Shown: positions 38,853 to 47,853 of the stretch, piece after piece
Numbering within the stretch: position 1 is the stretch's first letter
How the letters are laid out: each line of letters starts with the position of its first letter
Source of the DNA: an uncultured bacterium
GTDB taxonomy: Bacteria > Babelota > Babeliae > Babelales > Babelaceae
Direction: 5' to 3'
Assembly: GCA_963819815.1 (NCBI GenBank)
Contig: CAWFXL010000001.1
Coordinates: 64,001-128,000 of the forward strand
DNA length: 64,000 nucleotides
Translations under genes and position numbers: made by a program
Notes under the pieces: generated by a model
What the model was told of the DNA's origin: nothing
The model's database searches: none
What the model saw: the letters and a program-made list of their open reading frames with translations, nothing else

Positions 38853-39956
38853 ATGATCGATTTACGTTTATTAATCACGAATGGTGTCCAATTTGGTCAT
38901 CAAACATCTCGTTGGTGTCCTAAAATGGCTCCCTATATCTGGGGCTATAAAAACGGTATCCATCTTATTGATGTGAGTAAGACAGCTCAGCAATTAGAGA
39001 TAGCTTCAAAGTTCCTTGAGGGGATAGCTGCTCAGGGGCGGACTATTTTATTTGTGGGAACAAAGAAAGCTGCTCAGGAGAGCGTTAAAAAAGTTGCACA
39101 AGAATTAAAGCTGCCATTTGTGGTTCACCGATGGGTAGGAGGTACTTTTACTAACTATCGTCAGGTACGTAAAGCTATTGCGAATATGATCGATTCTGAA
39201 GAAGTATTGAAAAAATCAGATACGCTTAACTACACAAAAAAAGAGTTGAATCTTCTTAAAAAACGTACCTCTCGTCTTGAAAATATCGTTGGTGGTATTC
39301 GTCAGCTCAGCTGGCCAGTAGGCGCTGTAGTTGTGGTTGATGTCAAAAAAGAAAGTGTGGCAATAAGCGAAGCTAAAGCTTCAGGAATTCCTGTGGTAGC
39401 TCTTGTAGATACCAATTGTGATCCATCGTTTATTGATTATGTAATTCCCGCAAATGATGATGCCCCACGTTCCATCGCAGTGCTTCTTGATTATATTGAA
39501 CAAGCTGTTGCTCGTGGTCAAAAAGCATGTGCTGAAAGACCTAAGAGTGAAACTGCATTTGAAGAGACACTTCTAGAAACTCTGTATGTTGATGAAGATG
39601 AAGATGCCCTTCTACCTAAAAAAGCTCTTAAGCCGAAACCTAAAAAGATTGAGGTAGCAGCTGAGCTTGAAGTAGAAGAAAAGAGCATTAAAGGTCCTAA
39701 GGGGGTGGAAGAGCTTGTTGTAGCTCAACCAATGGCCCCTAAAAAACCGGTAATCGCTGAGAACCTAAATCAGGCTCCAGAACCCACGTCAGAAAAAGTT
39801 GCGAAGCCTCATAAGGCAGACGAAGAGGCCAAAGAAGCAGTCGCTGCTGCAGCAAAACCAAAAAAAGCTGCTACGCCGGATACTACTGAAAAAGCAAAGG
39901 CGACAAAAGCTAAGGCTACCAAGCCAGCTGCTAAGAAAGAGAAAGCGACCGAGTAA
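38853..39956 (+). CDS. rpsB: 30S ribosomal protein S2 with long Glu/Lys/Ala-rich C-terminal extension
   Basis: GVQFGHQT, RWVGGTFTN, DTNCDP, IPANDD. Confidence 0.97.
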   Translation: MIDLRLLITNGVQFGHQTSRWCPKMAPYIWGYKNGIHLIDVSKTAQQLEIASKFLEGIAAQGRTILFVGTKKAAQESVKKVAQELKLPFVVHRWVGGTFTNYRQVRKAIANMIDSEEVLKKSDTLNYTKKELNLLKKRTSRLENIVGGIRQLSWPVGAVVVVDVKKESVAISEAKASGIPVVALVDTNCDPSFIDYVIPANDDAPRSIAVLLDYIEQAVARGQKACAERPKSETAFEETLLETLYVDEDEDALLPKKALKPKPKKIEVAAELEVEEKSIKGPKGVEELVVAQPMAPKKPVIAENLNQAPEPTSEKVAKPHKADEEAKEAVAAAAKPKKAATPDTTEKAKATKAKATKPAAKKEKATE

Positions 39957-39966
39957 AACGGTCTAT

Positions 39967-40059
39967 GGAGAGGTGTCTGAGTGGCTGAAGGAGCGTGATT
40001 GGAAATCGCGTATACTCTCAAAAAGGGTATCGAGGGTTCGAATCCCTCTCTCTCCACCA
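39967..40059 (+). tRNA. tRNA-Ser(GGA)
   Basis: GGAGAGG/TCTCTCC acceptor, CGTGA-TTGGAAA-TCGCG anticodon arm, long variable arm, CCA. Confidence 0.96.
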
Positions 40060-40072
40060 AGTATTTAAAAAT

Positions 40073-40157
40073 TGGAAGTTTATAAGGAATGTTTATATTT
40101 AATCTGTCAGGACCGAAAGGTAGCAGCAGGAGTATAAGCTTCTTGTATAAACTTCCA
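40073..40157 (+). ncRNA. ffs: Signal recognition particle RNA (4.5S)
   Basis: Domain IV motif GTCAGGACCGAAAGGTAGCAGC in a long hairpin closed by GGAAGTTTATA/TATAAACTTCC. Confidence 0.9.
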
Positions 40158-40436
40158 TTTTTCACATCTAGCCTCTGATGGCTCAATAATGCTTTTGGGA
40201 AGAGATAGCCAAACTGCCTACCTTGCGTCTAACTACTCATCTTATCTTATTCCAATGGATTGTCTTATCAAGACTTAGAGCCATTGCATGATTTGTTACT
40301 GGGCCTTTGCTCGGTTATAAAATAGGATAATTTTGATGCTCAATGAAGTTGGACCCCCTGCATATCCCAGTGAGTAGGTGGATCATGCTGGTGTGCACTG
40401 GGCGGTTATACATGGTATAAGAGTGTAGCAAAACTG

Positions 40437-40498
40437 AACTTCCGGCGATTGTTCTATTGAGCTGAATGCAGTTTTCAATAGAGACCGCCGGAAGTTTT
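40437..40498. terminator. Long hairpin between ffs and the convergent 40517 gene
   Basis: AACTTCCGGCG...CTATTGA...TCAATAG...CGCCGGAAGTT. Confidence 0.6.
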
Positions 40499-40516
40499 TG
40501 TGGAAAGCTTAATTGG

Positions 40517-42202
40517 TTAGAGGGCTATATAATGTTCTTTACGAAGGTATTTTGCTTCTGAGGCCTGAGCATCAGCATTATAGGCCTGTTGGTTGTATTC
40601 GCTACGGGCAATGACTTTGACTGCGCCTCGCGTAATAAGGTCCATATCGTCGGCAATAATGTAAGCGAAGCCATTATCAATGAGCGCTAACTCGATCATA
40701 TCACGATAGAGTATTACGGGGCTTGATTGATATGCTAGGTAAACGTTGGGAAACTTGGCTTGTAATTGTGTTTTAATGGTGATTGGATCGCTAATCCTTC
40801 GAATGATTTCTGAAGCCGCCTCAATAAAAGCCATATTGTGCTCAATCTCGAGTGAGATAGGTTGCACGTGGATTCGTGGATGCGCTCTGTTGGTACATGA
40901 GATTATGATGTCTGCAGGAGGATGCACTTGGTTTTCTTCTTCAGAGATTTCTTCTAGGGGCGCGCCAGTAAGATACACTTCCACAAGGCTAACCTCTTCA
41001 GGGTTATCCGCATAGCTGAGTTCATGGGGATCAATCATCGTCATTATGGTGCTCTTAAGGGCAGGGTTCTCAAGGCATGCTCCACAATAATGGTAGGTAT
41101 TGCTAAATACGTTAATGCACCCAGGGAGAGCCTTCTTTGACTGGTCAAATAGGTTTATATGCAAGCCTGTTTGCCTCGCAAATTCTTTAAGAGCAGCTAA
41201 CAACGCTGTATGTTTCTTATATTTAGGATGAGCTGTTGCCTCAATCACATTAACGGTAATATTCTTGAAACCGTCTGTTTGCAGTTCGCGGATAGCCCAG
41301 AAGTCTTGGATAAGTAGCCCAGATCCGAAGGAGGTATACACAATGGGAGTCTGCTTATCCTGACCTTGCATGCGCTGTTTCATATCAAGAAGAAGCTCAA
41401 TACGCTTTTTGAGAGGGGCATCATCGCAGAAGCATCGTTGCAAAGGAAAGTCTTCACTATAGTAGATCTGAAGATCTTCGTACAGTAGCGTTGTTACGCG
41501 TTCTTTTTGTTGAGCGGATCCTTCTTTATAGTAGGTATCTACAATTTTTTTAATCGCTTGTTTTGTTGAAAGTCCGATTTCTGTACTTGCAGCATCTTCA
41601 ATTATTGTGACATATGCGGCAAATAGTTCATCAGGTAGGGTTGTTGTGACTCGCGCCTTTGCGATTCCTGCTTGAGGCTTAGCAAAAGAAAGAGCAATTG
41701 CATGTTGGAGATCTGTAGCTTCTTGCTCGATGGTTTGCGCTGATTTCTGCAGTCTGCCTTCTGTGTTGGGAATCCGCGCATCTTGACTGCTAGAGCTACT
41801 GCTAGTTGCAGGCACTTGGGGGCTAGGTCTTACTGCGGGTGTTGGATTAGCTTGATTTGTGCTACCTCTAGGTGACAGTGCGTGTGGGCTAGGCCTTCCG
41901 GATGGTGTAAACGATGCCTGCGTACTAGGACTACTGCTCACAACACAAGCATGGAGGCTAGGTCTTACTCCTGGCGTAGGAGTTACCTGACTATTAGTGC
42001 TATTTTTAGGTACTCGTGCGTGCGGGTTAGGTCTTGCTGATGGAGTTCGAGGAGCTTGGCTGCTGTTACTGCTTCTAATTACTGGTGCATGTGGGCTAAG
42101 CCTTACTGCTGGTGCCGATTGGGGAGATTTTTGGTCCATTGAATTAACTTGAGAGCTGATCAATGGGGCAAATAGGAGTATAGAAACTGTAATTTTATTC
42201 AT
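40517..42202 (-). CDS. Secreted protein: five ~23-aa Pro/Ser-rich repeats, UIM-like motif, C-terminal globular domain (candidate effector)
   Basis: TPxxRPSPH-type repeats; EQEATDLQHAIALSF; signal peptide. Confidence 0.75.
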   Translation of the reverse strand: MNKITVSILLFAPLISSQVNSMDQKSPQSAPAVRLSPHAPVIRSSNSSQAPRTPSARPNPHARVPKNSTNSQVTPTPGVRPSLHACVVSSSPSTQASFTPSGRPSPHALSPRGSTNQANPTPAVRPSPQVPATSSSSSSQDARIPNTEGRLQKSAQTIEQEATDLQHAIALSFAKPQAGIAKARVTTTLPDELFAAYVTIIEDAASTEIGLSTKQAIKKIVDTYYKEGSAQQKERVTTLLYEDLQIYYSEDFPLQRCFCDDAPLKKRIELLLDMKQRMQGQDKQTPIVYTSFGSGLLIQDFWAIRELQTDGFKNITVNVIEATAHPKYKKHTALLAALKEFARQTGLHINLFDQSKKALPGCINVFSNTYHYCGACLENPALKSTIMTMIDPHELSYADNPEEVSLVEVYLTGAPLEEISEEENQVHPPADIIISCTNRAHPRIHVQPISLEIEHNMAFIEAASEIIRRISDPITIKTQLQAKFPNVYLAYQSSPVILYRDMIELALIDNGFAYIIADDMDLITRGAVKVIARSEYNQQAYNADAQASEAKYLRKEHYIAL

Positions 42203-42669
42203 AATGAGTCTCGTTAGTTTTTTCTATAATAATTATTCTCTATTTAAGATATTATAATGGTGGCCACCTGTCAAGGCGGGGGGAAATGTGAGGCAGGTAA
42301 TAGTTCTGTGACTCTGAGCTTGCAAGGGCATTATAAGAAGATAGGCATGGAGCAAATATTATATGAAGTGCCTTACAATTGGATTACTGATGTAGGAACT
42401 CGTTCATAATAGTGATGTTTAAAAAGCGTCGAGAATGTGTGGCTTTAATAAATCGCTACGTAATGGCTATAGGAAGCATTATAGATAGGCGATGATCGGT
42501 ATAACTAATGATTAATCATCAGAATCATGAAAATGAGATTAAGAGAAAGGGCAAGTTTAAGACTATGCAGTAAGGTAACATCCAAGGACTCTCGAAACTT
42601 TTTCCCGTAGGATTGAGAATTTGTGGTATGATGAGAAGATATAAGAAGGTAGTCAAAGGTGGGTAACAT

Positions 42670-44580
42670 ATGAATCTTAATTTAGCGCGAAAATGGCGAT
42701 CAAAACAATTTGATGAAATTGTGGGCCAGCCCCTTGCAATGCGTCTTCTTAAAAATAGTCTTTATCGGAATCTGATATTTCCGGTCTACCTATTATCAGG
42801 GACTCGAGGTACGGGAAAGACGAGCACAGCTCGTATATTCGCAGCAGCTTTAAATTGTAAGAAGCTACCTGAGTTCCAGAAAGATCCTCAACAACAGCCG
42901 CTTCCCTGTCTTTCTTGTGACTCATGCAAAGCTATGCAGCAGATGAATCATCCCGATGTTATAGAGATTGATGCAGCATCGAATACTGGGGTTGATAATG
43001 TCCGTCAGATTATTGAAGCGGCCTCTTTCATACCTGTCTTAGGTGGTAAGAAGATTTATCTGATTGATGAAGCTCATATGCTCAGTAAGGCAGCATTTAA
43101 TGCCTTTTTAAAGATCCTTGAAGAGCCGCCACAAACGGTTGTTTTTATGTTAGTTACTACAGATCCTCATAAGATCATTCCTACGGTCCTTTCTCGCTGT
43201 TTTCAGGTATTTTTTGATCCTATTAAGCCTGCTGAGGTTGTACGCCACCTTACGTTTATTGGTGAGCAAGAGGGCATTGCAGCTGAGCCTGAAGCACTCT
43301 TGTTGATTGCTCAAGAAACAGAAGGGTGCATGCGTGATGCCCTAAATCTTCTTGAACGATTGCGGGCACTGCCAGAGCTTACTGGTACTGGTTCCTCATC
43401 GTTTATAACTAAAGAGATGGTGCTTACGGTTCTTGGAAGCATTGATGATGATCGTATTGGACAACTGTTACTTTCTATTGTAGCAGGAAACCATTCTCAG
43501 GTTCTTGACACCTGGCAACGTCTTGAAATGAATCGCTTTAATCCAGGTAGCGTCTGGGAAAAACTTGTTGCAACACTTCGGCGTAGCCTATGGCTTAAAC
43601 AGGCGGTTGCTCCTGATGAGATGCCCATACCCCAAGTGCTTCAGAACGTTGTGGATACTGCTTCCTATGAGCATCTCATACGTATGCTCGAAATCTGTTA
43701 TACTCATGAGTTAGCATTTGCAAAAACTTCAGCGCCGGGGACCCTTCTAGAACTGCTCATCTTGAAAATGGTTACCCCAGAGAAAGAGGGCGCTGCTCCC
43801 AAACGAGAAAGTTCTACGCCACATATCGTGGTACCTGCACAGTCTAAGAAACAGGTAGTACCGCCATCCTTTACGAGGGAACCAAGTACTCCAGTTGAGC
43901 CAGTGAAGGGTGCATTAGGTACGAGTGAGGTTGCTGCTCAACAGATTAATCCTCAAGATGACCAGAAAGCTTCGCTTGAAAAAAAAGATGCGCAACCTGA
44001 AGTATTACAAGATACGAGTGCTGAAGCTGTAGGATCATGGAGTGCGTGTTTACAAGAGCTTGAACTGATGCAAGATCCTCTTGTAGTTTCTATATTTAAG
44101 CAATGCGCAGCTCACGTGCATAATGAGCAGGAAAAAACGCTTGAACTTACTTTTTCACAGGATCTTATATTTTTTAAAGATTGGTTGAAAAACACGGAGA
44201 AAGTGTGGAAACCGATCATTGAAAAATTCTTTGGTGTAGGCACTGAGCTCCGACCAAAATTTGATGGTGTATCAACGAAGCAGCGACCAGTCATTGCAGT
44301 ACCTATCAGGCCTGCAAAACCTGTCGTACAAACAGCTACTCATGTACAGAATACCGTTACTCAGAAAGTGGCTCCAGCACAAGCGGTACCAAGACCTTCG
44401 GCTCAAACAAATGCTCCGGTTAAGAAAAGTAGTTTTGAGCAGCGCTCTCCTCAGAAAACTCCTTCGCAGGAACCTGTAGGAAAAGCAGTTTCTCCCAATG
44501 GACTAAAAATTGGCTCGATGGTAACTGAAGCCTTTCCAGGGCGGCTCCTTGTGTTAGATACTTCTAAGGAGAGTTTATGA
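42670..44580 (+). CDS. dnaX: DNA polymerase III subunit gamma/tau
   Basis: LARKWR, GTRGTGKT, EIDAASN, IDEAHML, SRC. Confidence 0.97.
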   Translation: MNLNLARKWRSKQFDEIVGQPLAMRLLKNSLYRNLIFPVYLLSGTRGTGKTSTARIFAAALNCKKLPEFQKDPQQQPLPCLSCDSCKAMQQMNHPDVIEIDAASNTGVDNVRQIIEAASFIPVLGGKKIYLIDEAHMLSKAAFNAFLKILEEPPQTVVFMLVTTDPHKIIPTVLSRCFQVFFDPIKPAEVVRHLTFIGEQEGIAAEPEALLLIAQETEGCMRDALNLLERLRALPELTGTGSSSFITKEMVLTVLGSIDDDRIGQLLLSIVAGNHSQVLDTWQRLEMNRFNPGSVWEKLVATLRRSLWLKQAVAPDEMPIPQVLQNVVDTASYEHLIRMLEICYTHELAFAKTSAPGTLLELLILKMVTPEKEGAAPKRESSTPHIVVPAQSKKQVVPPSFTREPSTPVEPVKGALGTSEVAAQQINPQDDQKASLEKKDAQPEVLQDTSAEAVGSWSACLQELELMQDPLVVSIFKQCAAHVHNEQEKTLELTFSQDLIFFKDWLKNTEKVWKPIIEKFFGVGTELRPKFDGVSTKQRPVIAVPIRPAKPVVQTATHVQNTVTQKVAPAQAVPRPSAQTNAPVKKSSFEQRSPQKTPSQEPVGKAVSPNGLKIGSMVTEAFPGRLLVLDTSKESL

Positions 44581-45911
44581 GTACTATAGCTCAAGTGGTA
44601 ATTGTCGGGCGTGTAAATGTAGGTAAATCAACCTTGTTCAATCGCTTATCTCAAAGAGTTAAAAGTATAACCCTTGATTTTGAAGGGGTAACGCGAGATT
44701 ATCTTAAGGAAGAGGTTGCGTGGCGCGACTCCCGGTTCGACTTGATTGATAGCGGGGGTATCCATTTACGCAAATCTCAAGATCCTCTTTTTGAGAGAAT
44801 ACGTACGCAGGTGCTCCAGCTTGTGCAAGATGCCGATGTTATTATGTTTATGGTTGATGGCACGGTAGGGGTATTGCAAGAGGATCATGAGCTTTCGCGA
44901 TATATCCATAAACTGAATAAGCCTTCAGTGCTCGTGATTAATAAAATGGATAGTAAGCGAGCTCAGGAACAGGAGTTTGAGTTTGATCGTTTAGGATTTG
45001 AGCATCAAATGGGGATATCTGCAGAGCATGGCAAGAATATTCCGGATCTTTTAGATCTGCTCGTTACGCTCATACCAAAAAAGGTAACGCATAAACCTCA
45101 AAAAAAATCTGATTTTCGAGTTATGTTTCTTGGAAAACCGAATGTTGGGAAGTCTTCCTTAATGAATGCTCTCCTTGAAGAGGAGCGTGCGCTGGTATCA
45201 GACGTTCCTGGAACGACACGAGAGGCATTTTCAGAACAGATAACCTTCTATAAGGAAGTAATTGGGATAACCGATACTCCCGGGATTCGTAGGCAAAGTT
45301 CGGTAAAGGGTGAACTCGAGCCATTAATGGTGAAAAGTGCATTCCAGGCTTTGAGGTCTTCTCATATCGTTATGTTACTCATTGACGGATCATCAGATAC
45401 GCTGGTGGATCAGGAGTTGAAGCTCGCTTTTTATGTGTACCAGGAGAAGTTTAAGTCGTTAATTTTGTTGATTAACAAGGATGATTTGGTAACTGAGCAG
45501 AGTAAAGTAAGCCTAGAAAGAAGTATGGAATATTATAAACATCTTATTGATAAAATTCCGGTACTCCATATATCCTGTAAAACAGGAAAGAATATTGGAC
45601 GTGTATTACCTCTCGTTCAGAAAGTCTGGGAGCACACCAGCCAAAAATTTGATCCAGCTGCCTTGCAGCGTACATGCATTGAAGGACTGATGAAAAAGCC
45701 CCTCTATGCTAAGCAAAAACCATTGATCTTATACAAAGTGCGTCAGGTGCATGTAGCGCCGATTACGATAGAGTTTGTAGTTAATGAATCTCGCTGGTTT
45801 GGTCCCTCACAGCTAAGTTTTTTTGATAATCTCTTGAGATCAGAGTATGATATGGTTGGTGTACCGATTAAGTTTATTGTTAAGAAGAGGAAAGAGGTAT
45901 TAAACGCATGA
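44577..45911 (+). CDS. der: Ribosome biogenesis GTPase Der
   Basis: Two G domains: GRVNVGKS and GKPNVGKSS. Confidence 0.97.
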   Translation: MSTIAQVVIVGRVNVGKSTLFNRLSQRVKSITLDFEGVTRDYLKEEVAWRDSRFDLIDSGGIHLRKSQDPLFERIRTQVLQLVQDADVIMFMVDGTVGVLQEDHELSRYIHKLNKPSVLVINKMDSKRAQEQEFEFDRLGFEHQMGISAEHGKNIPDLLDLLVTLIPKKVTHKPQKKSDFRVMFLGKPNVGKSSLMNALLEEERALVSDVPGTTREAFSEQITFYKEVIGITDTPGIRRQSSVKGELEPLMVKSAFQALRSSHIVMLLIDGSSDTLVDQELKLAFYVYQEKFKSLILLINKDDLVTEQSKVSLERSMEYYKHLIDKIPVLHISCKTGKNIGRVLPLVQKVWEHTSQKFDPAALQRTCIEGLMKKPLYAKQKPLILYKVRQVHVAPITIEFVVNESRWFGPSQLSFFDNLLRSEYDMVGVPIKFIVKKRKEVLNA

Positions 45912-46240
45912 ATAAACGAATCACCTATAGAGGAATAGATAGCACGCCGGTTCTTGAAGAGTTTATTAACAGCCATCTTGATAAGGTAGTTAAGCTTCTT
46001 GAGCATGAGCCTACTCCTATTATGATAGATTTTGTTCTTGAAGCCTCAGCGGTACATGCTCACGATAAGGTAGAGCTTCGCGTTAAAACTCCCCATTATG
46101 ATTTAATTGCTCATCATGAAGGTCCAGAGATGTACCAGGAAATTGATAAAGTGGTTGATAAGATGGTCAGAGAGATTAGACGTGCTAAAGAAAAGCGTCT
46201 TGATGAAGAGAAGAGTCAAGATTCTTTTAAAAGTGCGTGA
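45908..46240 (+). CDS. hpf: Ribosome hibernation factor HPF/RaiA
   Basis: ITYRGIDSTPVLEEFI...MYQEIDKVVDKM.REIRR.KEK. Confidence 0.85.
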   Translation: MNKRITYRGIDSTPVLEEFINSHLDKVVKLLEHEPTPIMIDFVLEASAVHAHDKVELRVKTPHYDLIAHHEGPEMYQEIDKVVDKMVREIRRAKEKRLDEEKSQDSFKSA

Positions 46241-46270
46241 GATCACCTAAGTTTAGTTACACATGATGAG

Positions 46271-46298
46271 AAGCCTCGGATTACCCGGGGCTTTTTTT
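46271..46298 (+). terminator. Terminator after dnaX-der-hpf
   Basis: AAGCCTCGG-ATTAC-CCGGGGCTT plus T run. Confidence 0.8.
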
Positions 46299-46369
46299 GT
46301 TGCCTAGGGACTGAAGCAAAAGTCCTTTTCAAAAGTCTGATGACGAGACAATGCAGTCCTCCCTTTTTC

Positions 46370-46522
46370 TATAATAACAACTAAAAGTACTAAAAATTCG
46401 TACCTTTAGTTGTTAAGTGATAAAAATTATTCTTTTAGAGCCGGAGGAATCTTGACTGTGGAGACCTCTATAAGATATAATAACAACTAAAAGTACTAAA
46501 AATTCGTACCTTTGGTTGTTAA
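46370..46522 (+). promoter_or_regulatory. Two 47-bp direct repeats, each an inverted-repeat operator, around the promoter of the AbiE-type TA pair
   Basis: 46370-46416 and 46476-46522 differ by 1 nt; arms TAACAACTAAAAGTAC/GTACCTTT(A/G)GTTGTTA; TTGACT-N18-TATAAT at 46452-46481. Confidence 0.85.
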
Positions 46523-47119
46523 ATGAAGTTAAATATTCTTAAAGAGCTTTTACGAACAAAGCAGACGATCTTTTCCTTCAAAGAACTGTTAATGATTATG
46601 GGCAGTTCAGATGTAGTGAGTCTTCGAAAGAAGCTGATCTATTATGTGCGAACGGGAGAGTTGTACCATATCCGTAGAGGCTTGTATGCAAAAGATGAGA
46701 AGTATGATCGATATGAGTTGGCTACAAAGATTCTTACGCCCTCGTACATAAGCTTTGAAACAGTACTCTTGAGAGCTGGCATCGTTTTTCAATTTACAAG
46801 CCAAATTTTTGTTGCATCCTATACGTCTAGAACTCTTATACTGGATGGCCAAGAATATATTTTTCGCACTATTAAGGCACCTATTCTTACGAATACCCTT
46901 GGCGTTGAGATTCGGGAAACATATAGTATTGCAACTCCCGAGCGGGCATTTCTTGATATGCTGTATATCCATAAAGATTATTATTTTGATAATGAGGCCT
47001 CACTCGATTGGAAAAAAGTTTTTGAAATTTTGCCAATTTATAACAATAAGCGTATGACGAAAATTGTTAATGAGCACTTTAAAGAAGTTACTTCAGAAAG
47101 GACAGTTCATGGCACTTGA
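46523..47119 (+). CDS. Type IV TA antitoxin, AbiEi-like
   Basis: wHTH N-terminus with IRRGLY, PSYISFETVL, IATPERAFLD. Confidence 0.88.
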   Translation: MKLNILKELLRTKQTIFSFKELLMIMGSSDVVSLRKKLIYYVRTGELYHIRRGLYAKDEKYDRYELATKILTPSYISFETVLLRAGIVFQFTSQIFVASYTSRTLILDGQEYIFRTIKAPILTNTLGVEIRETYSIATPERAFLDMLYIHKDYYFDNEASLDWKKVFEILPIYNNKRMTKIVNEHFKEVTSERTVHGT

Positions 47120-47837
47120 TCAAGCAACCCATAAAAGTATTTTGATGAGCGTGCTGCGTGACATCTTTAGTGATTTTGAAATAGCGCCCTATCTTGGATT
47201 TAAAGGGGGTACTGCTGCTATGTTGTTTTATGATTTACCAAGGTTTTCTGTTGACCTGGATTTTGATCTTTTGCACGAAGGCCGGTCTGATGAAGTTTTT
47301 GAGCATTTGAAGCACATTCTTGCAAACTACGGAGTTGTGAAAGAAGCTCGAAGAAAACGGTTTGGGTTTCTTTTTTTGCTTTCATATCACAACAAACAGG
47401 AAGGCGCCCATAATGTCAAAGTTGAAGTTAATATCAAAAACTTTGGTTCGCGCTATGAGATAAAGAGATACTTGGGTATAGCCATGAATGTTATGGTTGA
47501 GCAGGACATGGTAGCGCATAAAATGGTGGCTCTGTATGAAAGAATGGGCAAAGCCAATAGGGATGTCTTTGATGTTTGGTATTTCCTTAAGAATCATGCA
47601 TCAATCAATATCAAGATTATTGAACAAAGAACCGGCATGTCGTATTCCGATTTTCTCAAGGCATGCATCAAGGGATTAGAGGGCCTTGATAAGAAGCAGA
47701 GCCTTTCTGGACTGGGGCAGCTACTTACTGAACAACAGAAAGTATGGTGCAAAGTACACCTTATACCTGATATAGTGTTCCTTTTACGTTTAGCCCTCAA
47801 TAGTGAAGAAAGTATCTCCAATCGTAGTCGCACCTAG
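47109..47837 (+). CDS. Type IV TA toxin, AbiEii-like nucleotidyltransferase (start re-assigned to MALDQ)
   Basis: FKGGTA, RFSVDLDF, AHK..A..ER...RDVFD. Confidence 0.92.
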   Translation: MALDQATHKSILMSVLRDIFSDFEIAPYLGFKGGTAAMLFYDLPRFSVDLDFDLLHEGRSDEVFEHLKHILANYGVVKEARRKRFGFLFLLSYHNKQEGAHNVKVEVNIKNFGSRYEIKRYLGIAMNVMVEQDMVAHKMVALYERMGKANRDVFDVWYFLKNHASINIKIIEQRTGMSYSDFLKACIKGLEGLDKKQSLSGLGQLLTEQQKVWCKVHLIPDIVFLLRLALNSEESISNRSRT

Positions 47838-47853
47838 TACCAGTTGTCTTGTG

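Noticed and set aside
40060..40520. Prophage or genomic island integrated at tRNA-Ser (also checked tRNA-Phe, -Leu and -Ala)
   Set aside because: No integrase, and no duplicated tRNA 3' end (att site) noticed in the window.
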